This document shows, piece by piece, positions 27,598 to 34,000 of a stretch of 64,000 nucleotides of DNA (the stretch's first letter is position 1; each line of letters starts with the position of its first letter). The notes under the pieces were generated by a model. It had not been told where the DNA came from. It saw nothing but the letters and a program-made list of their open reading frames with translations, and made no database searches. This DNA is from Woeseiaceae bacterium. GTDB taxonomy: Bacteria > Pseudomonadota > Gammaproteobacteria > Steroidobacterales > Woeseiaceae. The stretch spans positions 3,963,911 to 4,027,910 of the forward strand of contig OZ246981.1 in the NCBI GenBank assembly GCA_965232455.1, read 5' to 3'. The translations under genes were made by a program, and so were the position numbers.

Positions 27598-27673
27598 CTC
27601 GGTTGGGCACAATACGATCGCGCAGTAGCTCAACGGTCAGAGCGGCACCCTCATAAGGTGCGAGGTGCGGGTT
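27598..27673 (+). tRNA. tRNA-Met(CAT)
   Basis: Anticodon arm GCACC-CTCATAA-GGTGC, T GCGGG-TTCAACT-CCCGC, CCA. C1:U72 mismatch. Confidence 0.75.
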
Positions 27674-27676
27674 CAA

Positions 27677-27819
27677 CTCCCGCCTGCGCTACCAGATACG
27701 GTGACCAACCGGATCGGAGTCTTCCCTGCGAAGGAAGACCGTGCAGGTTGGAACGCAAGCTTCGCTCGCTCACCGCCGCTATGCGGCGGTGTCTGTCGCA
27801 GCGCGTTGTGCTGCTCGGC
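27677..27819 (+). tRNA. tRNA-Arg(GCG) with 72-nt T-loop insert
   Basis: Acceptor ACGGTGA/TCGCCGT, anticodon arm TCTTCC-CTGCGAA-GGAAGA, T-stem GCAGG/CCTGC. The insert contains hairpin CCGCCGC-TAT-GCGGCGG. Confidence 0.5.
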
Positions 27820-27820
27820 T

Positions 27821-27893
27821 GAGTCCTGCTCGCCGTGCCAAACCCTCTCCGGTGGACCCGGTGGCGGCGCTTCGAACGCTGCTTAAGGAAGTT
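27821..27893 (+). tRNA. tRNA-Arg(TCG)
   Basis: Perfect acceptor ACCCTCT/AGAGGGT, anticodon loop CTTCGAA, T GGAAG-TTCGATT-CTTTC, CCA. Confidence 0.6.
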
Positions 27894-28173
27894 CGATTCT
27901 TTCAGAGGGTGCCAGATTCAAGGTGCTTCCTATCGAAGCCGGGCCACCAGACCCGTCGCAGATGCTGGGAGACGTAAGTCCGGGGGTGAAATACCCCTGA
28001 TTACTGAAGGCTGCGCTGTTTGGACAGCAAGCAGTCTTGAACCGCGACCGGCATAGTCGGCCGACAGAAGTACGAGCGTCAGCGAGCACGCCCGAAGGGT
28101 GAGCGGCGCTGCCGCGAATCAAAACTGGGCCGGTGGCAACGCCGATGTAGCTGAGAAGGATTAGCGCCGAGTT
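27894..28173 (+). other. Unresolved tRNA-like/structured block containing another module copy (28060-28125)
   Basis: Multiple hairpins (CCGGGGGTGAAATACCCCTG, TCGGCCGA). Module core CCCGAAGGGTGAGCGGCGCTGCCGCGAATC. No canonical cloverleaf recovered by eye. Confidence 0.3.
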
Positions 28174-28250
28174 GTAGCCGAGGCATCCTGACAATCCTCC
28201 GTAGCTCAAGCGGGCAGAGCACCGGGCTTTTAACCTGTGAGATGTCGGAT
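28174..28250 (+). tRNA. tRNA-Lys(TTT)
   Basis: Acceptor TCCTCCG/CGGGGGA, anticodon loop CTTTTAA, T-arm GTCGG-ATCGTGG-CCGAC, CCA. Confidence 0.7.
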
Positions 28251-28255
28251 CGTGG

Positions 28256-28345
28256 CCGACCGGGGGAACCAGACACGGAAGGTAAACCGGACAGGCGTGC
28301 CGGAGGCGGTTGCTACCCTACCTGATCGCTCACGCGGTTGTGATT
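28256..28345 (+). tRNA. Class II tRNA, probable Ser(GCT)
   Basis: Acceptor GGAAGGT/GCCTTCC, 90 nt, T-loop TTCGAGT, CCA. The anticodon stem is imperfect. Confidence 0.4.
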
Positions 28346-28351
28346 CGAGTT

Positions 28352-28422
28352 CACTGCCTTCCTCCAAACGCCACCTCGTGTGCTGGGCATAGACGAGATT
28401 CCAAACCTTGTCGTGTTGGGTT
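28352..28422 (+). tRNA. tRNA, probable Trp(CCA)
   Basis: Acceptor ACCTCGT/ACGGGGT, loop TTCCAAA, T TTGGG-TTCGATT-CCTGA, CCA. Confidence 0.4.
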
Positions 28423-28428
28423 CGATTC

Positions 28429-28499
28429 CTGAACGGGGTGCCAACCAATCGCGGTGTGTACAGGGTACCGACCGGATTCTGAGTCCGTGAGCGAGAGTT
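28429..28499 (+). tRNA. tRNA-Gln(CTG)
   Basis: Acceptor CGCGGTG/CACCGCT with a C1:U72 mismatch. Anticodon loop TTCTGAG, T GAGAG-TTCGAAT-CTTTC, CCA. Confidence 0.5.
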
Positions 28500-28654
28500 C
28501 GAATCTTTCCACCGCTACCAACCGGATGCGTCGAGATCAGGGATCGGAAGAGGCTTTGACCCTTGGAGATACGGTTCGAGTCCGTACGGCGCTGCCATGC
28601 TCCACTAGCCCAACCGGCGGAAGTGTCGGACTTAAACACCGTCAGGTCTAGGTT
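28500..28654 (+). other. Two tRNA-like units, unresolved
   Basis: Complete T-arms TACGG-TTCGAGT-CCGTA and GTCTA-GGTTCGAT-TAGAC, each followed by ...CCA. No matching 5' acceptor strands were found. Confidence 0.3.
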
Positions 28655-29019
28655 CGATTAGACGATGGCGTACCAGCTCTCGGTTTTTATCAAATTCAAG
28701 GTCATCGACTTCGGTCGGGGCCTCGTTTAGCGGCCTGGCGCTGCTAACCGTCGGCGACGGCGGGAAAGGAATGCAGCACTGCATTTCGCCGAGCCATTGC
28801 GCTCGGTCAATCCAGGCAAGTCCGGCCTCCCGAGTTCTCGATACGTCGGGAATAGCGGCGAAGTGATGCGGATGACTCGCATCGTTAGTCGTGAGGGGCA
28901 ACGGATAGTGCAGGTGTGCGAGCTTCGCAAACAAGTGCGCTTGTGCAGAAATCCGGGGAGTCGGCGTGCAGCCGACGTCCTGGCTTTCCGTCTAGTAGCC
29001 GGCGGGTGAAAGACATTCG

Positions 29020-29046
29020 GCAAGTGGCCGCCTCGCGGCCACTTGC
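29020..29046 (+). promoter_or_regulatory. Perfect 12-bp hairpin (GCAAGTGGCCGC-CTC-GCGGCCACTTGC) just upstream of tRNA-Asp
   Basis: No T-tract. Candidate processing or structural element. Confidence 0.35.
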
Positions 29047-29054
29047 CACCCCCC

Positions 29055-29129
29055 GCTGCGGTAGCTCAATGGCAGAGCGTCGGATTGTCGATCCGGAAGA
29101 TGTCGGTTCAAACCCGATCCGCAGCGCCA
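29055..29129 (+). tRNA. tRNA-Asp(GTC), second copy
   Basis: Perfect acceptor GCTGCGG/CCGCAGC, D GCTC..GAGC, loop TTGTCGA, T GTCGG-TTCAAAC-CCGAT, CCA. Confidence 0.7.
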
Positions 29130-29202
29130 CACTTGCGAGTGTGTGCTACTCGCGAATTTATCGTCGCGAAGCGACCCTTCTCAACCTGTCTTCGGAGGCA
29201 TT

Positions 29203-29430
29203 ATGAATATCAAGGACATCGTGAAAGACAATACCGTTCGATTCGTCCGGTATCGCCAGGGGGTCGCTTACTACGGCGTCAGCGTACCCACCGAAGGCGA
29301 CTACATCTTTCCCGTTCCGCTCGAGGATATTGGGGACGCCACCCTCGAGCTCGAAGACAAAGCGATCCTGTTCATGCGCTACATCCGACGCGCAATCGGA
29401 GAAGGGTCGTTCGTTCCTCTGGCGTCGTAA
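29203..29430 (+). CDS. Small hypothetical protein (75 aa) embedded in the tRNA array
   Basis: GGAGG RBS 6 nt before the ATG. Clean ORF MNIKDIVKDNTVRFVRYRQGVAYYGVSVP... No recognisable similarity. Confidence 0.4.
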   Translation: MNIKDIVKDNTVRFVRYRQGVAYYGVSVPTEGDYIFPVPLEDIGDATLELEDKAILFMRYIRRAIGEGSFVPLAS

Positions 29431-29437
29431 CTTTTGT

Positions 29438-29513
29438 AGACCGGTAGCTCAGGAAGAAGAGCGCGCGACTGATATTCGCGAGGTCGGCTGTGCAACTCAG
29501 CCTCGGTCTACCA
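29438..29513 (+). tRNA. tRNA-Ile(GAT), second copy
   Basis: Acceptor AGACCGG/TCGGTCT, perfect anticodon arm CGCGA-CTGATAT-TCGCG, atypical T-loop TGCAACT, CCA followed by a T-run. Confidence 0.7.
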
Positions 29514-29519
29514 TTTTTT

Positions 29520-29731
29520 CTGGGAGTAGCTCAGGCTGGTCAGAGTACTCGGTTTGGACCCCAATTTGCCCACGTTGCCGAAAGAACGAAACGGATCGGT
29601 GCAAATTGATCTTTAGTGGAATATGCGGCAGTGCGCTTCCACTCGACCCACTAAAGATCAATCCGCATCCACCCTCTACTTTCTTTGGAAGCACTAGGGC
29701 GGATTGGGTTCGAATCCAGCCTTCCAGACCA
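29520..29731 (+). tRNA. tRNA-like gene interrupted by about 140 nt, including a 15-bp inverted repeat and the CTAAAGATCAATCCGCA element
   Basis: Acceptor CTGGGAG/CTTCCAG plus CCA. Canonical 5' D-arm GCTC-AGGCTGGTCA-GAGT. Internal IR ATTGATCTTTAGTGG...CCACTAAAGATCAAT. 3' GGGTTCGAATCC. Confidence 0.35.
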
Positions 29732-29740
29732 AATTCGAAG

Positions 29741-29971
29741 GGAGACTCGCAAGGTCGGCGTGCTTATCCGGTTTGATCCGAGGAGCGCGCAGCGCGACGA
29801 CAGACGCACGCAGTGCGCCCGCAGGGTGAGCGGCGCAGCCGCGAATCCACCCGGTGATGTCCTCACGGGCGTGGGGGTTCAACCGAGGCGCGTAGCGCCG
29901 ACAGACGGATTCGCGAAGCGAATGCCGCCCGAAGGGCGAGCGCAGCGAGTCCATCCCCTCAGTCTCCTCCA
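29741..29971 (+). tRNA. tRNA-like gene with two module insertions
   Basis: Acceptor GGAGACT/AGTCTCC plus CCA, T-stem GGGGG/CCCTC. Module copies at about 29795-29860 and 29882-29950 (cores CCCGCAGGGTGAGCGGCGCAGCCGCGAATCC and CCCGAAGGGCGAGCGCAGCGAGTC). Confidence 0.35.
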
Positions 29972-29980
29972 AAAGACGAT

Positions 29981-30056
29981 GGTGAGCCTAGCTTAACGGC
30001 AAAGCCCCAGGCCGTGACCCTGGTTGATACCGGTTCAAGTCCGGTGGTTCACCCCA
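29981..30056 (+). tRNA. tRNA-His(GTG)
   Basis: Encoded G-1 opposite C73. Acceptor GTGAGCC/GGTTCAC, perfect anticodon arm CCAGG-CCGTGAC-CCTGG, T ACCGG-TTCAAGT-CCGGT, CCA. Confidence 0.75.
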
Positions 30057-30060
30057 AATT

Positions 30061-30184
30061 GGAGAAGTGGCCGAGTGGCTTAAGGCGCTCGTTAGCTAAA
30101 CTAGAGGGGCGCTGTGTTCCACCCAGGTTCGCACCGAGGAGCGTAGCGACGACAGGCCGAAGGCCCATCCTGGCTTCTCCTCCA
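30061..30184 (+). tRNA. Class II (Leu/Ser-type) tRNA with 34-nt insert in the T-loop
   Basis: Perfect acceptor GGAGAAG/CTTCTCC, class II D-arm GCCGAGTGGCTTAAGGC, T-stem CCAGG/CCTGG. T-loop TTCG-[CACCGAGGAGCGTAGCGACGACAGGCCGAAGGCC]-CAT, CCA. Confidence 0.45.
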
Positions 30185-30188
30185 ACAT

Positions 30189-30328
30189 CCGCCTGTAGCT
30201 CAGAAGGAGCAGAGCAGCTTGTTTGACTCGCTTCGTTCACCCTGCGGACGCACTGCGTGCTTCTGTTGGCGCTTTGCGCCTCGGTGCGAACCAGCAGGCC
30301 GGGGGTTCAAGTCCCTCCAGGCGCTCCA
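30189..30328 (+). tRNA. tRNA-like gene with about 65-nt insertion between anticodon region and T-arm
   Basis: D GCTC-AGAAGGAGC-AGAGC, T GGGGG-TTCAAGT-CCCTC, acceptor CCGCCTG/CAGGCGC with a 1:72 mismatch, CCA. Confidence 0.35.
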
Positions 30329-30332
30329 CTTT

Positions 30333-30406
30333 CCGCTCTTGGCATAGTGGCTGTGCACCTGGCTTTTACCCAGGTGACGGGAGTTCGATTCTCTCAGGGC
30401 GGACCA
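30333..30406 (+). tRNA. tRNA-Lys(TTT), second copy
   Basis: Acceptor CCGCTCT/AGGGCGG, perfect anticodon arm CCTGG-CTTTTAC-CCAGG, T GGGAG-TTCGATT-CTCTC, CCA. Confidence 0.7.
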
Positions 30407-30414
30407 CACAACAT

Positions 30415-30487
30415 GCGGGCATAGCTCAACTGGCAGAGCGCGACGGTGCCAATGTCGAGGTTGTGGACTCGGTCTCCACTGCCCGCT
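30415..30487 (+). tRNA. tRNA-Gly(GCC), second copy (no encoded CCA)
   Basis: Perfect acceptor GCGGGCA/TGCCCGC, D GCTC-AACTGGCA-GAGC, loop GTGCCAA, atypical T-loop CTCGGTC. Confidence 0.65.
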
Positions 30488-30629
30488 CCCAGTCCGCCCA
30501 CGGGGTTGCGTTACTCGGCAACGGCCATTGCGGACTGACATTTATTGCGCTAAAGATCAATCCGCATCAACCATTCTTCCACATTCATCATCGAGGGCGG
30601 ATTGGGTTCGATCCCGGCCCTCTCGACCA
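30488..30629 (+). other. tRNA-like unit carrying the second repeat family (CTAAAGATCAATCCGCA...GGGCGGATTGGGTTCGATCCC)
   Basis: 8-bp stem CAATCCGC/GCGGATTG encloses a variable loop. Ends ...GGCCCTCTCGACCA. Confidence 0.3.
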
Positions 30630-30632
30630 TAT

Positions 30633-30709
30633 TGTCCGATAGCTCAGCAGGGCAGAGCACCGCTCTTACAGAGCGGAGGTCGTCGGTTCGATTCCGACTC
30701 GGATTACCA
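30633..30709 (+). tRNA. tRNA-Val(TAC), second copy
   Basis: D GCTC-AGCAGGGC-AGAGC, perfect anticodon arm CCGCT-CTTACAG-AGCGG, T GTCGG-TTCGATT-CCGAC, CCA. 1:72 mismatch. Confidence 0.55.
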
Positions 30710-30710
30710 G

Positions 30711-30818
30711 GGTTGGGCCAGCGCGCGGCGTTCAGCGGTTCGGGTTCTGATCCCGTCTGGCGCACTCACGCTCCCATCGCACGGTGTGTACCGAGCGAAC
30801 CGTTAGCACTCAACCACC
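30711..30818 (+). other. tRNA-like unit, unresolved
   Basis: Acceptor candidate GGTTGGG/CTCAACC. Internal hairpins. Ends CCACCCA. Confidence 0.25.
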
Positions 30819-30820
30819 CA

Positions 30821-30892
30821 GGGAAATTAGCTCAGTGGGTAGAGCATCAGACCTCTAATCTGAAGTCGCAAGTTCGAATCTTGCATTTCCGC
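30821..30892 (+). tRNA. tRNA-Arg(TCT)
   Basis: D GCTC-AGTGGGT-AGAGC, perfect anticodon arm TCAGA-CCTCTAA-TCTGA, T GCAAG-TTCGAAT-CTTGC. No CCA. Confidence 0.6.
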
Positions 30893-30950
30893 AAATGCCC
30901 TGAAACGGCATCTTGGCAAGGCTTAGGCCCGCGGTTCGAGTCCGCTCCCG
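30893..30950 (+). pseudogene. Truncated tRNA (3' portion only) marking the distal end of the main array
   Basis: GGCCCGCGG-TTCGAGT-CCGC followed by an acceptor-like strand. No matching 5' half. Confidence 0.3.
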
Positions 30951-31429
30951 GGTGAGGATATCGCCCTCCCCGTGTCCGCTGTTAGCAAAGACGTTCGACC
31001 GCCCGAAAGGACGCCAGAGCTGTCCGAGCAGCACGACTGTCGCCGATCAGTGATCCGCCGCGTCGGTCCAGCGGGTCGTCCACGTCGTTTCCGCCTGACA
31101 CTTGTGAATGCTTTGGCGATCACGGGAAAAGGTCGACACCGCGTGCACGATTCGCCCGATCGGCCGGCGCCACCGGTCCGCAGCACTCCTGTGACAGCGG
31201 CCACACATATTCATCCGTCCTGGTCGCAAATGGCGAGGACTCTTTTAACCATAGGTAATAGACGATAAAGGAGGTGATCCAAGTGGCTGGTCTCAGTCGA
31301 CTGGCAGAAGTAGAGCGACGCATTCATGCGCGCAGGACCAGTCATCAGGCGACCGGACCAGCGCGAACACCGCGTCCAAAAAAACGCCCGTCTTTTGACG
31401 GAAACATCAACGAAGAAGGAGAACGCACT

Positions 31430-32572
31430 ATGTGGTTCATGCAAAAATTCATCGTGCGCAAGCACGAACGCGGTCTCCTGTTTAAGGACGGAGACTTCAT
31501 CAAGTTCCTGGAAGCAGGAACTTATCGCTACTTTGGCCTGCGCAGCCGCTACGCGGTAGAGCGTTTCGACCTGTCGGTCGCCGCGTTCGAGCACCGCCTG
31601 GCCGACTACCTGGTCGAGGCTGAACGCGCCGAGGTCGATCGTCTGTTTCACGTCGTTGAGACCCATGCCGACGAAGTCGCGCTGGTCTACCTCAACGAAC
31701 GTGCCGCAGCGATTCTCGGCCCGGCGGAGCGCAAGCTCTACTGGAAAGGCGTGGTTAAAGTTCGCATCGAACGCTTCGACCTCAATGAGGGCATCGCGCT
31801 GGATGCACGCCTGACCAAGCGCCTCGTCAACGGCCGCGATGCACAAGTGCTTGCGGTTGCGGGCAAGGCCGTCTACGCCCGCGTCGTTCCGGACGGTCAT
31901 GTTGGCCTGCTGTACGTTGACGGTGAACTCGCCGAAACCCTGGCGGCCGGCCTGCACGCCTACTGGAACGTTGCCCACGCCGTTGGCGTGGAGCTTGTGG
32001 ACCTGCGCGTCAAGGCACTGGAGGTTCAGGGCCAGGAAATCCTGACCAAGGACAAAGTGGCGCTGCGTATCAACGTGACCGCTACCTACCAGTACGTCGA
32101 CGCGGCGAAAGCCGTTCGCGCGGTCAAGGACCCGCTGGATCAGCTGTACAAAGAGATCCAGTTCGGTCTGCGCGCGGCGGTCGGTACCCGCAAGCTGGAC
32201 GCGCTGCTCGAGGATAAAACCGCAATCGACCGCGACATCGCGGATCACCTCGGCAAGCGTTTCGCTGAGATCGGCCTCAGCGTGATCAGCGTAGGCGTGA
32301 AAGACATCATCCTGCCCGGCGACATGAAGGACCTGCTGGGCAAGGTGGTGGAAGCCGAAAAAGCGGCACAAGCGAACGTCATTCGCCGCCGCGAAGAGAC
32401 CAACGCAACCCGATCACTTCTGAACACCGCAAAAGTGATGGAAAGCAACACCGTTGCGCTGCGTCTCAAGGAACTCGAGACCCTGGAGAAGGTTACTGAA
32501 AACGTCGGTAACCTGTCTGTCGTTGGTGGTCTCGACGGACTGCTGAATGGACTGGTGAACATCAAACAGTGA
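31430..32572 (+). CDS. SPFH/band-7 (slipin-like) domain protein
   Basis: GAAGGAGAA RBS before ATG 31430. Band-7 core and C-terminal coiled-coil typical of slipin/HflKC-like proteins. The longer six-frame ORF is trimmed. Confidence 0.65.
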   Translation: MWFMQKFIVRKHERGLLFKDGDFIKFLEAGTYRYFGLRSRYAVERFDLSVAAFEHRLADYLVEAERAEVDRLFHVVETHADEVALVYLNERAAAILGPAERKLYWKGVVKVRIERFDLNEGIALDARLTKRLVNGRDAQVLAVAGKAVYARVVPDGHVGLLYVDGELAETLAAGLHAYWNVAHAVGVELVDLRVKALEVQGQEILTKDKVALRINVTATYQYVDAAKAVRAVKDPLDQLYKEIQFGLRAAVGTRKLDALLEDKTAIDRDIADHLGKRFAEIGLSVISVGVKDIILPGDMKDLLGKVVEAEKAAQANVIRRREETNATRSLLNTAKVMESNTVALRLKELETLEKVTENVGNLSVVGGLDGLLNGLVNIKQ

Positions 32573-32581
32573 TTCGGCACC

Positions 32582-32619
32582 GGGAGGGTGTGCAACGCAC
32601 CCTCCCAACTTTTTCTACA
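32582..32619 (+). terminator. Rho-independent terminator
   Basis: 9-bp stem GGGAGGGTG/CACCCTCCC with a 7-nt loop, followed by AACTTTTT. Confidence 0.6.
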
Positions 32620-32628
32620 CGGCTGTAG

Positions 32629-32768
32629 CTCAGTGGACAGAGCGCGACTATGCGAAGGTCGAGGTCACAGGTTCACAAAACGCGCCAGCGATTTGGACGC
32701 ACATAGTGCGCCCCGAAGGGGCGAGAGTCGCCCATAGGCGATTCGAGTCAATCTTGTCAGCCGTACCA
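32629..32768 (+). tRNA. tRNA-Arg(GCG) with 66-nt module in the T-loop
   Basis: Perfect acceptor ACGGCTG/CAGCCGT, D GCTC-AGTGGACA-GAGC, anticodon arm CGACT-ATGCGAA-GGTCG. T-stem ACAGG/CTTGT with the loop split as TTCA-[66 nt]-AAT, CCA. Confidence 0.5.
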
Positions 32769-32776
32769 AACATTGA

Positions 32777-32903
32777 TCGGCGCTCGTCCAACGGCAGGAT
32801 GCGAGACTTTGAATCTCGAGATCGCGGTTCGCACCGAGGCGCGTAGCGCCGACAGACGCACGAAGTGCGCCCGCAGAGCAAGCGAAGCGAGTCAATCCAC
32901 GGC
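32777..32903 (+). tRNA. tRNA-Gln(TTG) with 56-nt module in the T-loop
   Basis: Acceptor TCGGCGC/GCGCCGG, perfect anticodon arm CGAGA-CTTTGAA-TCTCG. T-loop TTCG-[CACCGAGGCGCGTAGCGCC...GCGAGTC]-AAT, CCA. Confidence 0.5.
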
Positions 32904-33085
32904 GCCGGGCCAAATTCGTCCGCGTTGTTAATCGAGGATCCGATGGACAGCACGGATTTGTCTTTAGTGGTTTACGTGTAAGTGCGTCGGCGCCACTACC
33001 ACGAAAGTCGAAACAACCCCTGGGTCAGTCGTCTGACGGTAAGACGGCGGATTCGAGCGCCAAGGAACGAACTGCTAAAGAAACA

Positions 33086-33478
33086 TCATGGCTTAAATGT
33101 GACTACCAAAACGATCACCGTCACAAGCACCAATCCTAGTGGCAAGAGAAAATGCCCAATTGCCTCTGGATCGGTTGCTCCTGATGTGGAGCGGCGCAGC
33201 TTTCCTGCCAACACGCCGTGTAATCCAGACAGAATCAACACCAGAGGGATCTTTATCGCTAGCCAGGACTGTGCGAACCAGCCCCCCTGAACCGCGAGCA
33301 GGATGCCGAATACCCAGGCAGCCACCATAGCAGGCGACGTTATGATCCGATCATAAGTCTTCAGCTGTTTCAAGAACGATAGGACGGGGTGTCTCAAGGA
33401 TAGGGCCACAGCCACCATGCCACCGATCCACACAAACAACGACACCAAGTGTGCGGCTTTAGTGAGTGCATAAATCAT
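33086..33478 (-). CDS. Small multi-TM membrane protein (CopD/HemJ-like)
   Basis: Four predicted TM helices. Start overlaps the upstream stop by 4 nt. Confidence 0.35.
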   Translation of the reverse strand: MIYALTKAAHLVSLFVWIGGMVAVALSLRHPVLSFLKQLKTYDRIITSPAMVAAWVFGILLAVQGGWFAQSWLAIKIPLVLILSGLHGVLAGKLRRSTSGATDPEAIGHFLLPLGLVLVTVIVLVVTFKP

Positions 33479-33771
33479 TGTTGCGTGGATGCCTCCGTAC
33501 TTCGACCGCGTAGCCATCGTTCATTGACGAAACCGCCCATTGGAATCAGGGCACCGACGAACAATCGGAAGGCCCCTATTCCGTTGATTAGTCCCTCTGC
33601 CCAAGATCGCACAACAAACCAGAGGAACACCATGAACATCAGTCCATGCACTGGTCCCACAACGGAGACCACCCATGGATCTCCGACGATGTACTTGATC
33701 GGCATCGCGACGCAGAAAAGCGCTAACAGCGTCACAGCCTCAGCTAACGCTGCGCGCCGAAGACCCGTCAT
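33475..33771 (-). CDS. Small membrane protein (DUF3817-like)
   Basis: Two to three hydrophobic helices. No recognisable similarity. Confidence 0.35.
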   Translation of the reverse strand: MTGLRRAALAEAVTLLALFCVAMPIKYIVGDPWVVSVVGPVHGLMFMVFLWFVVRSWAEGLINGIGAFRLFVGALIPMGGFVNERWLRGRSTEASTQQ

Positions 33772-34000
33772 AGCGTGGTGCTAACTCCAAGCTTCGTTGT
33801 CAACTAAAAAACCTCGCGACATCGAATTCCCCGGGGTACAACCAATACCAACTCGCCACGTAGAGCGCTGAGAAAACTACGATTGAAATCGCGATCAGGA
33901 GACGGCGTTCTATAGCATTCATACTGGAAATAATGCTGGACATCGGATATGGCGTAAATGACAATGTTCCGACAATATCGGCCATAATCTCCTGGAGACA

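Noticed and set aside
31211-32371. 386-aa minus ORF
   Set aside because: Antisense to the SPFH gene, which has an RBS, a terminator and clear family motifs.
26446-32885. Group I or group II intron interpretation of the tRNA inserts
   Set aside because: The inserts are only 34-76 nt and sit in the T-loop rather than the anticodon loop. That is far below the minimal size of self-splicing introns. They are treated instead as a distinct small element class.
26367-32903. Possibility that the repeated modules form a CRISPR array
   Set aside because: The repeats are imperfect, structured, of variable length and embedded within tRNA cloverleafs. There is no regular repeat-spacer periodicity, and no cas genes nearby.
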